Sequence record: OQ992561.1
DNA: 64,000 nucleotides
Strand: one strand, 5' to 3'
In this document: in pieces, positions 18,803-28,790 of the stretch
How the letters are laid out: the number at the start of each line of letters is the position of its first letter
How positions within the stretch are numbered: position 1 is the stretch's first letter
The notes under the pieces: generated by a model
Seen by the model: the letters and a program-made list of their open reading frames with translations, nothing else
Databases searched by the model: none
What the model was told of the DNA's origin: nothing
Translations under genes and position numbers: made by a program

Positions 18803-19973
18803 ACTAGGTAAACGTGAAATTGATCTAACCCTATTAGGGCATACTGGTTTAGATCCTTGGTATGGCACTACCTCATCTGCACGGGGTGCTATGTTTGTAA
18901 CACATATTGGCCAGGCACCAGAAGTAAATGGAAATGAATCGCGTTATTTCCTAACGGGTGCTGAATTAGAGTATGCCAAGTATACACATGATGTTCGTTT
19001 TCCTGAGGATTGTCGTGTACTACATGTTCTTAGAAAATATCCAACGGGTATTGGTAAAGACAGTATTAGATCTAACCCGGTAACAACTATTATCTACGAA
19101 AACTATTTTGACAAATATAAAACCATTGGTGTCTTACATGTTCCCGAGTACATGAGTCATCACCAAGACTTTGGTTATGAACTTGTAAAGAATCGAGAAG
19201 TGTGGGAAACCATTGCCCCAAATGAAATGTTCTCTAAAGACACAGTGATTGCACAGTCTGGTGCAGTTAAGAAAGACGGTACTTTAGGGATGGGTGTTAA
19301 TGCTAATGTTGTATTCCTATCTGCCGCTGGTACCATTGAAGATGGATTCGTAGCTAATAAGAATTTCCTTAAAAGGATGATGCCAACTAGTTATAGCACG
19401 GCTGTAGCTAATGCTGGTAGGAAAGCTTTCTTCTTAAACATGTATGGCGATGATAAGGTCTATAAACCATTCCCAGACATTGGCGATGTTATCCGACCAG
19501 ATGGTGTAATCTTCGCCATCCGTGACCATGATGATGATCTAGCTCCTGCCGAGATGACTCCTAGGGCACTTCGTACACTAGATAGAACTTTCGATAGAGC
19601 TGTTATTGGCACACCTGGTGCGAAGGTTATTGATATTGATATTTGGCGTGATGAGCGTGTAAATCCATCCCCTACTCCAACAGGAATGGATGCACAACTA
19701 GTTAAATATCATACTCATCTTAGCAGTTATTATCGAGAACTATTAAAGATCTATCGTGGTCTATTAGCACGTCGTAAAGATGATCTACATATCACTGAGG
19801 AATTTGAACGTCTTATTGTAACTGCACAGATGTTCCTACCTCAACCTGATAATGTCCGTAAACTATCTCGATTCTATCGACTAGACCCACTAGATGAATG
19901 GCGAGTCGAAGTAACTTACAAAGCCCAAAAGATGCCTGCTGGTGCTTTCAAGATGACTGATTTTCATGGTGGT
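18795..19973 (+). CDS. Non-virion RNAP beta C-terminal subunit (gp71-like), exon 1
   Basis: SSARGAMFVTHIGQA (beta RxxMxxxMxRQA region), IEDG, and end KMTDFHGG (KxxGRHGNKG motif). Likely start ATG 18795. Confidence 0.9.
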
Positions 19974-20280
19974 AATTAATATCCATCCATCTCTCAGGAA
20001 TGGATATTGTCAAATTGCCTGCTTGATCTCGAAAGAGTCAAGTAAATCCTCTCTAATTGCTGGGACATCTCAATGAGACAATCAGCAGCGAAGCTTTCCA
20101 GAAATGGATTGAACGTTCAACGACTATCCGGTTACGCGGAGTACACTCAAGCGAGTGGAAATGGGAGGGACCTGACCACCTAGGGTGAAGGTTAAGATAT
20201 AGTCTGGTCTGCATGGTGACATGCAGCTGCCTGCAATACGAGAGGCGGGGTAAGCGTAGCGAACTTACCTGAACATAACG
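19974..20280 (+). mobile_element. ORF-less group I intron 3 (307 nt) in nvRNAP beta
   Basis: Splicing restores HGG|KGVICKV. P1 is ggU|aatt paired with aattGcc. Core: P 20055, Q 20080, R 20115, S 20194. Terminal G20280. Confidence 0.93.
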
Positions 20281-21204
20281 AAGGGCGTCATCTGTAAGGT
20301 AATGGAAGATGAAGATATGCCTATTGACGAAAATGGTAATAGGGCAGATCTAATTATCTTTGGTGGTTCAACCATGCGTCGTTCAAATTATGGTCGAATT
20401 TATGAACATGGTTTTGGCGCAGCTGCACGAGATCTAGCTCAACGCCTACGCGTTGAAGCTGGACTAGATCGACATGCCAAACCAACCCAGCAACAACTAA
20501 ATAGTGTAATGGGTAATACGCAATGGGTTGATTATGCATTTAAAGAACTATTAGGTTTCTATGAGATCATTGCTCCAACAATGCATAGTAAAATGATGGA
20601 ACACCCAAATCCAGCAGAACATGTTAAAACAGTACTAATGGATGGATTCCCATATATCTACGCACCAGTTGATGATCCAGTGGATCTAATGGCAGCAGTC
20701 AACAAATTAATTAATAGCGATAAGTATCGACCACACTATGGGAAGGTATCTTATCGAGATCAAGCTGGTAAGTGGGTAACAACTAAAGACAATGTCTTAA
20801 TGGGTCCACTTTACATGATGCTACTAGAAAAGATTGGTGAAGACTGGTCAGCAGCAGCATCTGTAAAAACACAACCATTTGGTCTACCTTCTAAGTTAAA
20901 CAACGCTGATAGGGCTAGTACTCCTGGTCGAGAAACAGCTATTCGATCATTCGGTGAATCTGAAACTCGGTCATATAACTGTACAGTTGGTCCAGGTCCG
21001 ACTGCTGAAATCTTAGACCAAACTAATAACCCATTGGCGCATGCTGCGGTTATCGAGTCTTGGCTAACAGCAGAAAAACCTTCATCTGTACCAGTTGCAG
21101 TTGATCGTGAAAAGATTCCATTTGGTGGATCTCGCCCAGTAGCTATGTTTGATCACCTGCTTGAATGTAGTGGTATTGCATTAGAATATGCCCCTGATCA
21201 TTGA
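20281..21204 (+). CDS. Non-virion RNAP beta subunit, exon 2 (gp73-like)
   Basis: KGVICKVMEDEDMPIDENGNRADLII, RSNYGRIYE, GPLYMMLLEK and RSFGESE, all beta conserved regions. Spliced product about 700 aa. Confidence 0.92.
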   Translation, partial: KGVICKVMEDEDMPIDENGNRADLIIFGGSTMRRSNYGRIYEHGFGAAARDLAQRLRVEAGLDRHAKPTQQQLNSVMGNTQWVDYAFKELLGFYEIIAPTMHSKMMEHPNPAEHVKTVLMDGFPYIYAPVDDPVDLMAAVNKLINSDKYRPHYGKVSYRDQAGKWVTTKDNVLMGPLYMMLLEKIGEDWSAAASVKTQPFGLPSKLNNADRASTPGRETAIRSFGESETRSYNCTVGPGPTAEILDQTNNPLAHAAVIESWLTAEKPSSVPVAVDREKIPFGGSRPVAMFDHLLECSGIALEYAPDH

Positions 21205-21234
21205 TCAGGGGTTTAATAATACAAGAGGTAAATA

Positions 21235-23268
21235 ATGAATCTTAATCGTTATAAAGCGCGTGATCTTCTAAATCTAAGTTATGATGATTTATGGTCACTC
21301 CCTTCAGAATGGCATCTAATCGAATTTGATGATGGTAAAACGGTTGTGTCAGTTGACCGTATTACCAAATTATCCGTTCTGTGTTGGTATCCTCTTAAAC
21401 ATTATAAAGATTGCCCAATTCCATCTGATCACCATATCGATTTCAATCGCATCTTAACTGATAACCCTAAAGATTATCTAAATGTTGAAGGTGGCCGAGT
21501 AACATCTAAGGCCATGGTTAAGCATTTAAATAAGGCTATTTGGAACATCTATGATTGGTCAGGTGAAACAGTAGATCCTGAAGTACTATCTAAACTGGCT
21601 ATTGAAGGTAAGAACTGGCTGTATAATCAGACCACTGTGAAACTGTCTGAATATCTAGCAACCTTGTCGATGTTTGATATTGCTGAAGTATATAATCATC
21701 CCAAGGTACGTGAGGCTAACCATAATATCGAACCAACTACTTATGGTATCGAAAAAATTAGTTATGGTAAAGTCAAAGAAGTATTTAATGATCCTACCCA
21801 ATTCATTGGTAACAGCATCATTGAAGGTCTTCGTTCTGGTACTCAGAAAACTGAACAGCTTCTACAAGCATTTGCTTGGCGGGGCTTTCCAACTGACATT
21901 AACTCAGATATCTTTAAATATCCGGTAACAACTGGTTATATTGATGGTATTTGGAATCTGTATGAGAATATGATTGAATCTCGTTCAGGTACTAAAGCAC
22001 TACTATATAACAAAGAACTACTGCGAGTAACTGAATACTTTAACCGGAAATCTCAGCTTATTGCACAATATGTCCAAAGGCTACATCCTGGTGATTGTAA
22101 GACCACAATCTTAGCTGAGTATCCTGTAACTAAGTTAACTTTAAAAGCATTCAAAGGAAAATATTATCAAAAAGAAGATGGTAAACTAGACTGGATCCGT
22201 GGAAATGAAACACACCTAATTGGAACTAAACAGAAATTCAGGTCTGTATTTGGATGTAATCATCCAGATAGTCAGGGTATCTGTATGACTTGTTATGGCC
22301 GACTAGGTATCAATATTCCAAAAGGAACTAATATCGGTCAGGTTGCTGCCGTATCGATGGGTGACAAAATTACTTCAGCAGTATTGTCTACTAAACACAC
22401 CGATGCGTCTTCTGCTGTAGAACAATATAAACTTGGCAAAATTGAAAGTAATTATTTAAGAACAGGTGAAATCCCAGAGACACTATATCTAAAGAAAGAA
22501 CTTACTCAGAAGGATTATCGTTTAGTAATCGCACGGTCAGAGGCAGAAAACCTTGCTGACATTTTAATGATTGATGACCTTACTGCATATCCAGCTACTT
22601 CAGCTACTGAACTAACCAGCCTGGCCCTAGTCTATGATGATGAGGTGAATGGTGAATGTGGTGATGTTCTGACTGTGTCGCTGTATAACCGTAGGGCTAG
22701 TCTATCTATTGAAATGCTAAAGCATATTAAGATGGTCCGTTGGGAACTAGATCAGCGAGACAATATCGTCATTAGTCTTCGTGGTTTTGATTTTAACCTA
22801 CCATTCTTAACGCTACCAAATAAGCACGTAAACATGTATGAAGTAATGAAACGATTCCAAAGTTTCTTACATTCCGGTAGTGACTCAGCCGAGGCAGGTA
22901 AACTAAGCACTGAGAAAGTTGGATATACGTCTAAAACGTATCTTAAAAACTACAAGTCACCAATTGAAGCACTACCTGTATTTGCAACAATGGCTAATGA
23001 AAAGATTAGCCTTAATATTTCCCATTGTGAGATCTTGATATACGCTATGATGATCCGTTCAGCTCAATATCGAGACTATCGCTTACCTAAACCCGGTATT
23101 AATGGCCAATTTGAAAAATATAATAGGCTAATGCAATGTCGTAGTTTAGGTGGTGCGATGGCTTTCGAAAAGCAGCATGAGCCACTAAATAACCCAGGCA
23201 GTTTCCTTAACAAGATGAGGAATGACCATCCATATGACTTACTAGTTAAAGGTGGTAAACTGCGATAG
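21235..23268 (+). CDS. Non-virion RNAP beta' C-terminal subunit (gp74)
   Basis: SRSGTKAL bridge helix, Zn site ICMTCYG, trigger loop GQVAAVSMGDKITSAVLSTKH. Confidence 0.9.
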   Translation: MNLNRYKARDLLNLSYDDLWSLPSEWHLIEFDDGKTVVSVDRITKLSVLCWYPLKHYKDCPIPSDHHIDFNRILTDNPKDYLNVEGGRVTSKAMVKHLNKAIWNIYDWSGETVDPEVLSKLAIEGKNWLYNQTTVKLSEYLATLSMFDIAEVYNHPKVREANHNIEPTTYGIEKISYGKVKEVFNDPTQFIGNSIIEGLRSGTQKTEQLLQAFAWRGFPTDINSDIFKYPVTTGYIDGIWNLYENMIESRSGTKALLYNKELLRVTEYFNRKSQLIAQYVQRLHPGDCKTTILAEYPVTKLTLKAFKGKYYQKEDGKLDWIRGNETHLIGTKQKFRSVFGCNHPDSQGICMTCYGRLGINIPKGTNIGQVAAVSMGDKITSAVLSTKHTDASSAVEQYKLGKIESNYLRTGEIPETLYLKKELTQKDYRLVIARSEAENLADILMIDDLTAYPATSATELTSLALVYDDEVNGECGDVLTVSLYNRRASLSIEMLKHIKMVRWELDQRDNIVISLRGFDFNLPFLTLPNKHVNMYEVMKRFQSFLHSGSDSAEAGKLSTEKVGYTSKTYLKNYKSPIEALPVFATMANEKISLNISHCEILIYAMMIRSAQYRDYRLPKPGINGQFEKYNRLMQCRSLGGAMAFEKQHEPLNNPGSFLNKMRNDHPYDLLVKGGKLR

Positions 23269-23326
23269 ACGTGGAGGACGTGAGGTTTGGGGAGCACTGC
23301 TCCCCTTACCGATCGTTGATTTTTTT

Positions 23327-24865
23327 ATGAAACCGATTCTTACAGCAGAACGATACACCCATGGTGTTCGTTTATCCGGTTACGATCGGGAAACATACTT
23401 AAAGATGACTGGATATCTTAATAAACTGGTTTTAAAAGAACCTAAGAAGATACCTGGTCAACGCACCATAATGGAAATAAAGAAAAAATATTATGGTGAA
23501 ACAGAAGATGGTAAATCTGTATTCATCCATCGTGAATGTCTTCAAGAACTTATTAATTATCTAGCCGATAAGAATATACCATCTACTAGAATTGAAATTG
23601 TAGATATTCCTGTACCAACAGCTGTTAAAGTAGACTATACTTTATTTGAACATTATGTTCTAAGGGATTATCAGGAAACCATCCGCGAAGATATTCTAAG
23701 ACCACATTTACATTCAGCACGTGTTGATTTACAGACTGGTAAAGGTAAAACCTTAACTAGTTTAGCTTCAGTTGCAGTAATGAAAGAACGTGGTGTTGTT
23801 ATGATTCCACCTAAATATTTCGGTATTTGGGAGAAAGCATTAAAAGAAACATTTGTTGGTTATGAAGATCAGCTAGGTATAAAATATTTAAAAGTATCTG
23901 GATCTGCTGAGTTACAGAATCTAATTAATCGCGGACTAGAGAATGATTTAGAGGGTGTTGAAATTATTCTCATTAGTTCTACAACATACCGTGCATATAT
24001 CGATACTTTTGAACGATTAGGTGAAAAAATCGATGTAGTTGGATTTAATGTACCACCACCTAGATTCCATGAGGTTATTGGAGCAGGTTGGCAGATCAAT
24101 GATGAGATTCAAGAAGATCCAGGATTAGTATTTCGTACTGATCTATATACCAATGTCAATAAACAAATCTATTTATCAGCTACTCCATACACTGGTAATC
24201 AGTTTGTTACTAAAATGATTGATGTCATGCTACCTGCCACTACAAAGTGTAGGTTACCTGCATATGACTCATACATCAATGTTATTGGCTTGTTATATAG
24301 TGAACCAACTATTAAACCTAAGGACTATTTAACTCCATTTAAAAATACATATAACCATGCTCGTTATGAAACAGTAATGATGAAGAATCCTAGGCGACTA
24401 GACTTCTATTTAAAGATGGTTAAACGTATTGTAGATGGCGTTTATATAAAGGATCGTATTGAAGGTCAGAAATGTTTGCTATTATGCGCGACTGTAAACT
24501 TTATCGATGTACTGACAGCTTATCTTAAGAAACAATATCCAGATCTTCAGATTAATAGACATGTTTCGGGTAGTCCGTATGATAGATTAATGACTAATGA
24601 TATCACTGTATCAACTATTAAATCATCTGGTACTGGTGTTGATATTAGGAATTTAAGGGAAGTTATTCTATTACAAGCAACTGACTCTAAAAAGGACAGC
24701 ATCCAAATTCTTGGACGACTAAGACCATTGAAGAACTGGCCTGATGTAATACCAAGGTTAACATTCATGGTTTGTAATAACATACCTCATCATTGCAGAT
24801 ACGCTAGAAATAAAGAAAATCATTTCATGGGTAAAACTAAAAGTATGCGCATGATGCGTTTATAG
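23327..24865 (+). CDS. SF2 (UvsW/RAD2-like) helicase (gp75)
   Basis: LRDYQ, Walker A QTGKGKT, DEIQ, LSATP, motif VI QILGRLR. Confidence 0.9.
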   Translation: MKPILTAERYTHGVRLSGYDRETYLKMTGYLNKLVLKEPKKIPGQRTIMEIKKKYYGETEDGKSVFIHRECLQELINYLADKNIPSTRIEIVDIPVPTAVKVDYTLFEHYVLRDYQETIREDILRPHLHSARVDLQTGKGKTLTSLASVAVMKERGVVMIPPKYFGIWEKALKETFVGYEDQLGIKYLKVSGSAELQNLINRGLENDLEGVEIILISSTTYRAYIDTFERLGEKIDVVGFNVPPPRFHEVIGAGWQINDEIQEDPGLVFRTDLYTNVNKQIYLSATPYTGNQFVTKMIDVMLPATTKCRLPAYDSYINVIGLLYSEPTIKPKDYLTPFKNTYNHARYETVMMKNPRRLDFYLKMVKRIVDGVYIKDRIEGQKCLLLCATVNFIDVLTAYLKKQYPDLQINRHVSGSPYDRLMTNDITVSTIKSSGTGVDIRNLREVILLQATDSKKDSIQILGRLRPLKNWPDVIPRLTFMVCNNIPHHCRYARNKENHFMGKTKSMRMMRL

Positions 24866-24880
24866 TAAATGGCATAAATG

Positions 24881-24919
24881 ATCCCTCCCTTAGTTGGGAG
24901 GGATTATGCTTTTTTTTTT
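24881..24919 (+). terminator. Rho-independent terminator
   Basis: atccctccc ttagtt gggagggat followed by a long T run. Confidence 0.85.
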
Positions 24920-24932
24920 ATTTTTTGTATTT

Positions 24933-24966
24933 AAAGCATTTTAAACAGTATATCACAAATGTGATA
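24933..24966 (+). promoter_or_regulatory. Early promoter with dyad TATCAC-N4-GTGATA
   Basis: 31/34 nt identical to 62658-62691. Contains TATATCAC. Confidence 0.7.
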
Positions 24967-24985
24967 AAACTATAGGGTATTTACA

Positions 24986-25051
24986 ATGAAGAAAAAATTG
25001 ATTATGATTACAATTGTAGTTATAGCTTATAAACTATGGGAGTGGAAATAA
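24986..25051 (+). CDS. 21-aa hydrophobic peptide
   Basis: MKKKLIMITIVVIAYKLWEWK. TAATG overlap with the next gene. Confidence 0.5.
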   Translation: MKKKLIMITIVVIAYKLWEWK

Positions 25052-25308
25052 TGTATACAGTTGATCAGATCTTTGGTGCAACATGGCTTCTAGTCAGTAC
25101 TTTGATCTTAGTTGATATTCTTCTAACATGCATGCTGATATTTATTATTAAAACATATCTTGAGTTTAAAGATATCTTTAATAAAAGTGCATGCCAGTAC
25201 GCTATGCTTTTTCTCTCCGTAAGCATTGTATTAGTTACCATATGGGTAAGTACTATTGTTAGTTGCTGGACTAACTATTCACTGACATGTACAACTTATC
25301 TATTTTGA
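25051..25308 (+). CDS. Small membrane protein (85 aa, two TM helices)
   Basis: Two hydrophobic stretches. Coupled start at 25051. Confidence 0.65.
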   Translation: MYTVDQIFGATWLLVSTLILVDILLTCMLIFIIKTYLEFKDIFNKSACQYAMLFLSVSIVLVTIWVSTIVSCWTNYSLTCTTYLF

Positions 25309-25320
25309 TGAGGTGTCTAT

Positions 25321-25512
25321 ATGGCTCGGGTATTGTTATTTTTAGTACCACTATTAATTGCATTTAGTGGATTAATAACTTCAATTATATTTCTTGCTGC
25401 TGCTAAAACAATCAAACAAAAAGCAATGATTGTAAGTGGCTTGATTTGCAGTATGTTTACCCTTATGTTAGGGTTGTGGTTATTTAATATGATAATCATG
25501 CATATTAAATAG
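25321..25512 (+). CDS. Small membrane protein (63 aa, two TM helices)
   Basis: SD gaggt. Hydrophobic-KTIKQK-hydrophobic pattern. Confidence 0.7.
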   Translation: MARVLLFLVPLLIAFSGLITSIIFLAAAKTIKQKAMIVSGLICSMFTLMLGLWLFNMIIMHIK

Positions 25513-25567
25513 ACATGCTATGTAAGAACAATTGATCATTGTTCTCTAATAATAAGAGCATCCCACT

Positions 25568-25762
25568 ATGGTCTTTTTGTGTCAACTTATAGTAATAGCC
25601 CTTGTGGCTAGTATGGGATATAAAAGTTATCAGATTTATCTTTATGTCAAGTTTGACTTAGATAAAGATAGTATTAAATCCCGGTATGTTCGCCAAAAGA
25701 CACTGCTTGTTGTTTTATATGGCTTCTTTGCTTTATTTCCATTAGGATATCTGATGGTTTAA
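25568..25762 (+). CDS. Small membrane protein (64 aa, two TM helices)
   Basis: Hydrophobic ends around a basic loop. Confidence 0.6.
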   Translation: MVFLCQLIVIALVASMGYKSYQIYLYVKFDLDKDSIKSRYVRQKTLLVVLYGFFALFPLGYLMV

Positions 25763-25857
25763 TAAATATTACCCCGCCTTTTATTGGTGGGGTAATATGC
25801 CATCTTTATATCAAAAGACTTTTGAATATCATATCCCATCCTGACAAGGAGTAGACC

Positions 25858-26001
25858 ATGCAAGTACGAATTGAGGTAATCAATAGTGAGGGTAATCTGG
25901 ATATCGAAGAACGGGTTGATATCCACCCAATAAAAGGGTTAACGGCCTGGATGGTCGTTCTAGCTATCAAAGGTCTTGTAGCTAGCTTTGCACGTAAGTA
26001 A
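25858..26001 (+). CDS. 47-aa protein with hydrophobic C-terminus
   Basis: SD aggag. Reads MQVRIEVINSEGNLDIEERVDIHPIKGLTAWMVVLAIKGLVASFARK. Confidence 0.6.
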   Translation: MQVRIEVINSEGNLDIEERVDIHPIKGLTAWMVVLAIKGLVASFARK

Positions 26002-26029
26002 GACGACATAAACCCCTCTCCATGTGGAG

Positions 26030-26052
26030 AGGGGCCTGTCTTTATTTTTTTT
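26030..26052. terminator. Bidirectional terminator between convergent genes
   Basis: cccctctcca tg tggagagggg with T-rich tail. Confidence 0.7.
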
Positions 26053-26548
26053 ATTTAGTTAACGGCTTGTTTAATTCATTTAACTGGTTATTGTTATTAA
26101 CAGCTTCATTATGGGTAATATTTCTACATAATTCAATTATGTATTCTACCTCAGAATAAGCTAATTCAAAGAATTCAGTTAATGACATATTAGATAAGCT
26201 ACCTACTTTATACTTGAAGAAATCTCTAGTCAGTCTCCTTCTCAACCCACCTTCGATAAAGTCCTCTTTAGGATTTACCTTATTTAACCACATGGGTCCG
26301 TTTTCTGGTGAACCGATATCGTAATCAAGTAGATATGCTTCTCTTGTTAAACGTGCTGCTGTAGACGGTCTTACTGCCCCTACTGTCGATAATAGTCTAT
26401 CTAAGTGTGTATCATCTTCAGTTAACTTATCATAACCAAAGTTTGGATGTAGGATGTGACCACTATCTTCCTTGAAAGTGGCCTCAAGACGACTATATCT
26501 CAGATCATTAACTACACCATCCGGTTTGACTTCGAGGCCGCCAAAGTA
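26051..26548 (-). CDS. -1 frame extension (165 aa) of the upstream gene, putative gpT-like half of a G/GT tail chaperone
   Basis: Frame is open from the slippery T7 run to TAA 26051, with no ATG/GTG/TTG for 85 codons. The track shows only 26051..26293. Confidence 0.65.
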   Translation of the reverse strand, partial: YFGGLEVKPDGVVNDLRYSRLEATFKEDSGHILHPNFGYDKLTEDDTHLDRLLSTVGAVRPSTAARLTREAYLLDYDIGSPENGPMWLNKVNPKEDFIEGGLRRRLTRDFFKYKVGSLSNMSLTEFFELAYSEVEYIIELCRNITHNEAVNNNNQLNELNKPLTK

Positions 26549-28113
26549 AAAAAAGTTGACAGCATGTCAATAGGGATTAAGTGTGGGAAACGTTCTTTAA
26601 ATTTAGTAGCAGCAGGTGACTCACATACTGGACAATTCCAACTTGTAATTGCAATCATTCCAATTAGTTGTGAATCAATGAAGTTACTCACCGCATTAAT
26701 AAAGCGGTCATTATATTCCGGTGTGGATAGAATATTAGTTAAGAACTTTTCAATAGTTTCACGATTAGTGGTTGCAGTACGAATATTGTCTTCAGAACTT
26801 TCACCATCGTCATCTTCACGTACTTTAATTTCTTTAACAAAATGTGAGAACTGACGGGCAATAGAGATCTTTTGTAAACGTGCAATATACTGAGAACGTT
26901 GCGGACCATCGACTGGTTCATTAAAACTACCTTGAGTCATATCGATAATTGAGTTAATCCAACTATCACCAGACTCTCGGCGATCAGCAATTGTACACAT
27001 CTCAAGAACAACACCAACGTCACCAAACATTTCAGTTACTTGAGTTTCAATACGGAATCCTTCTTTATAAGTCTTAAGATCAGATTCAGTACATGCATTA
27101 AACTTACGTGCAATATATTTCTTTTGTTCTTCTGAGAATGCCAGTAGATCATATTGAACAAGCGTTGACATATTAAGTTTCGCTGTTTCAATATGGTTAC
27201 ATGTATTGGCATCTGCAATGCATGGATAACTATAATTAAATCCATCTGGATACATAGTCGCCGCTAGTGCGTGATGCAAGAACGGCTCATCAGCTACTGA
27301 GATAACATGCTCTAGATCAGTTGGGGTGTTGAACTTATAGTTGGATTGAATAACACATGCAAGTGCTAAACTACTAACCATGTTAAGTAACACAGCTGCC
27401 ATGTTTGAGAACAGCATACCTTTTGATTCAGCGCCTAGCCGGATCTTTAATTGTGCTAGACGTGCTTGTAGGGCAGCTACTTCAGTACCAGTAGGTGCAC
27501 GTAGTTTTACCCAAATACCTGAATGAGGTAGGAAAGTATCATATGGCGTACCGATGTTAGCTTTACGTGTTAGGAAAACTAGAGTTTCATCATCGGTCAT
27601 TTTACGACCATTGGTATTAAATACAGGTCGGCCAGGTCGAATGATCTTTTCACCATAAGGAATTTCACTAGACCATTCAGAACCTTCTCGGGCAGTTGCA
27701 CCGATTGGTGCATCTTCAACAATAGAGTGAGCTAAGCCTTCCAGAATAGCAGCTGTCCACTTTACACCGTCACTAGTGTCATCTACTTTATTATCAGCAA
27801 ATGCTTTAAATAGTTCTTTATTGTGATCCAGGAAATTATAAACAGTCTGGGGATTCTCACGTAGTAAAGTAAGAATGCTAGCACTATCTTTAATAGCCGG
27901 TTCAGAAGCATCCCGGATATTTCCAGTTTTAGCATTACGTGGAATACGTAGTTTAATTTCTTTTTGATCAGGAACGAAAGGTGGAGTTTCCACCTCGTCA
28001 TTATTTTCAATACTAGAGTCAGGATCGTGTTGCGCATTGATCTCATCAATTTGATCTAGTAAATTCTCTTCTGGAGTATCATCGTACTCATTATCGAAGT
28101 CAGCAGTAGCCAT
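26512..28113 (-). CDS. gp77-like protein, putative tail/baseplate-hub assembly chaperone (T4 gp26-like features)
   Basis: 533 aa. WVKLRAPT, YPC...TCNH and terminal CPVC...STFF pattern resembles gp26-type chaperones (recalled, not searched). Confidence 0.55.
   Translation of the reverse strand: MATADFDNEYDDTPEENLLDQIDEINAQHDPDSSIENNDEVETPPFVPDQKEIKLRIPRNAKTGNIRDASEPAIKDSASILTLLRENPQTVYNFLDHNKELFKAFADNKVDDTSDGVKWTAAILEGLAHSIVEDAPIGATAREGSEWSSEIPYGEKIIRPGRPVFNTNGRKMTDDETLVFLTRKANIGTPYDTFLPHSGIWVKLRAPTGTEVAALQARLAQLKIRLGAESKGMLFSNMAAVLLNMVSSLALACVIQSNYKFNTPTDLEHVISVADEPFLHHALAATMYPDGFNYSYPCIADANTCNHIETAKLNMSTLVQYDLLAFSEEQKKYIARKFNACTESDLKTYKEGFRIETQVTEMFGDVGVVLEMCTIADRRESGDSWINSIIDMTQGSFNEPVDGPQRSQYIARLQKISIARQFSHFVKEIKVREDDDGESSEDNIRTATTNRETIEKFLTNILSTPEYNDRFINAVSNFIDSQLIGMIAITSWNCPVCESPAATKFKERFPHLIPIDMLSTFFTLAASKSNRMV
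26548..26554 (-). promoter_or_regulatory. Slippery heptamer T TTT TTT (predicted -1 programmed frameshift)
   Basis: Correct X XXY YYZ phasing at codons 520-522 of ORF 26512..28113. Confidence 0.65.
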
Positions 28114-28124
28114 TTAAAACTCCA

Positions 28125-28619
28125 TTATTGTTGAATTAGTTTTTCGTCCCAACCAGCTTCTCGAAGAGTGCCGATCATCGCTAGGATTACACCATCAATA
28201 CCGCGTTCAATAGCACCTTCAATACCAGTGTATTTAGTAACAAGTTCACTGATGAGTTTTAGTTCATCTTCATTATTTGCTGGACCAGCCTTACCTTGAT
28301 GTTGTGCATATAGGACACTGATAATTTTAGTTAGTCGATTAAGGTCAGCAATAACTGTTTGTAGGTTCTTTTGGAATCCAGTAGGATCAGATAACGTCGG
28401 AATGATTTCATTGATCTTATTGATAACTGGATTAATGAATACTTCAGTTTGTAGAATACGTTTACCTACGGAACCTGCTAGTACATTGACAACATCCCAA
28501 CCATCACGGTTAAGAATATGATCAGCTGCGGCAGCTGATGCTCCAACTGCACGTTCAAATAGACGTAGAGTCTTTTCCTGTTCTTTAGTTAGAGTTGGTT
28601 CTTTAGCTTTATTTGACAT
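28125..28619 (-). CDS. Hypothetical protein (164 aa, helical)
   Basis: ORF with SD ggag. Confidence 0.75.
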   Translation of the reverse strand: MSNKAKEPTLTKEQEKTLRLFERAVGASAAAADHILNRDGWDVVNVLAGSVGKRILQTEVFINPVINKINEIIPTLSDPTGFQKNLQTVIADLNRLTKIISVLYAQHQGKAGPANNEDELKLISELVTKYTGIEGAIERGIDGVILAMIGTLREAGWDEKLIQQ

Positions 28620-28790
28620 CTTGTTATACTCCGATAGAGGCTTAATTTAATATTTGCCAATATAAATTGACAAATGAAAAAAATGATTAGTTCAACATAT
28701 ATTTAACACATTTGGTAATTTTACACTATATTAAAGAATAACTATCTGTCCAACCCTATGTTAATAATTCCGTATAAAAAGGATATCGTC

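Noticed and set aside
26456-26854. 132-aa plus-strand ORF
   Set aside because: Antisense to the gp77-like gene and its -1 extension, so it is a shadow frame.
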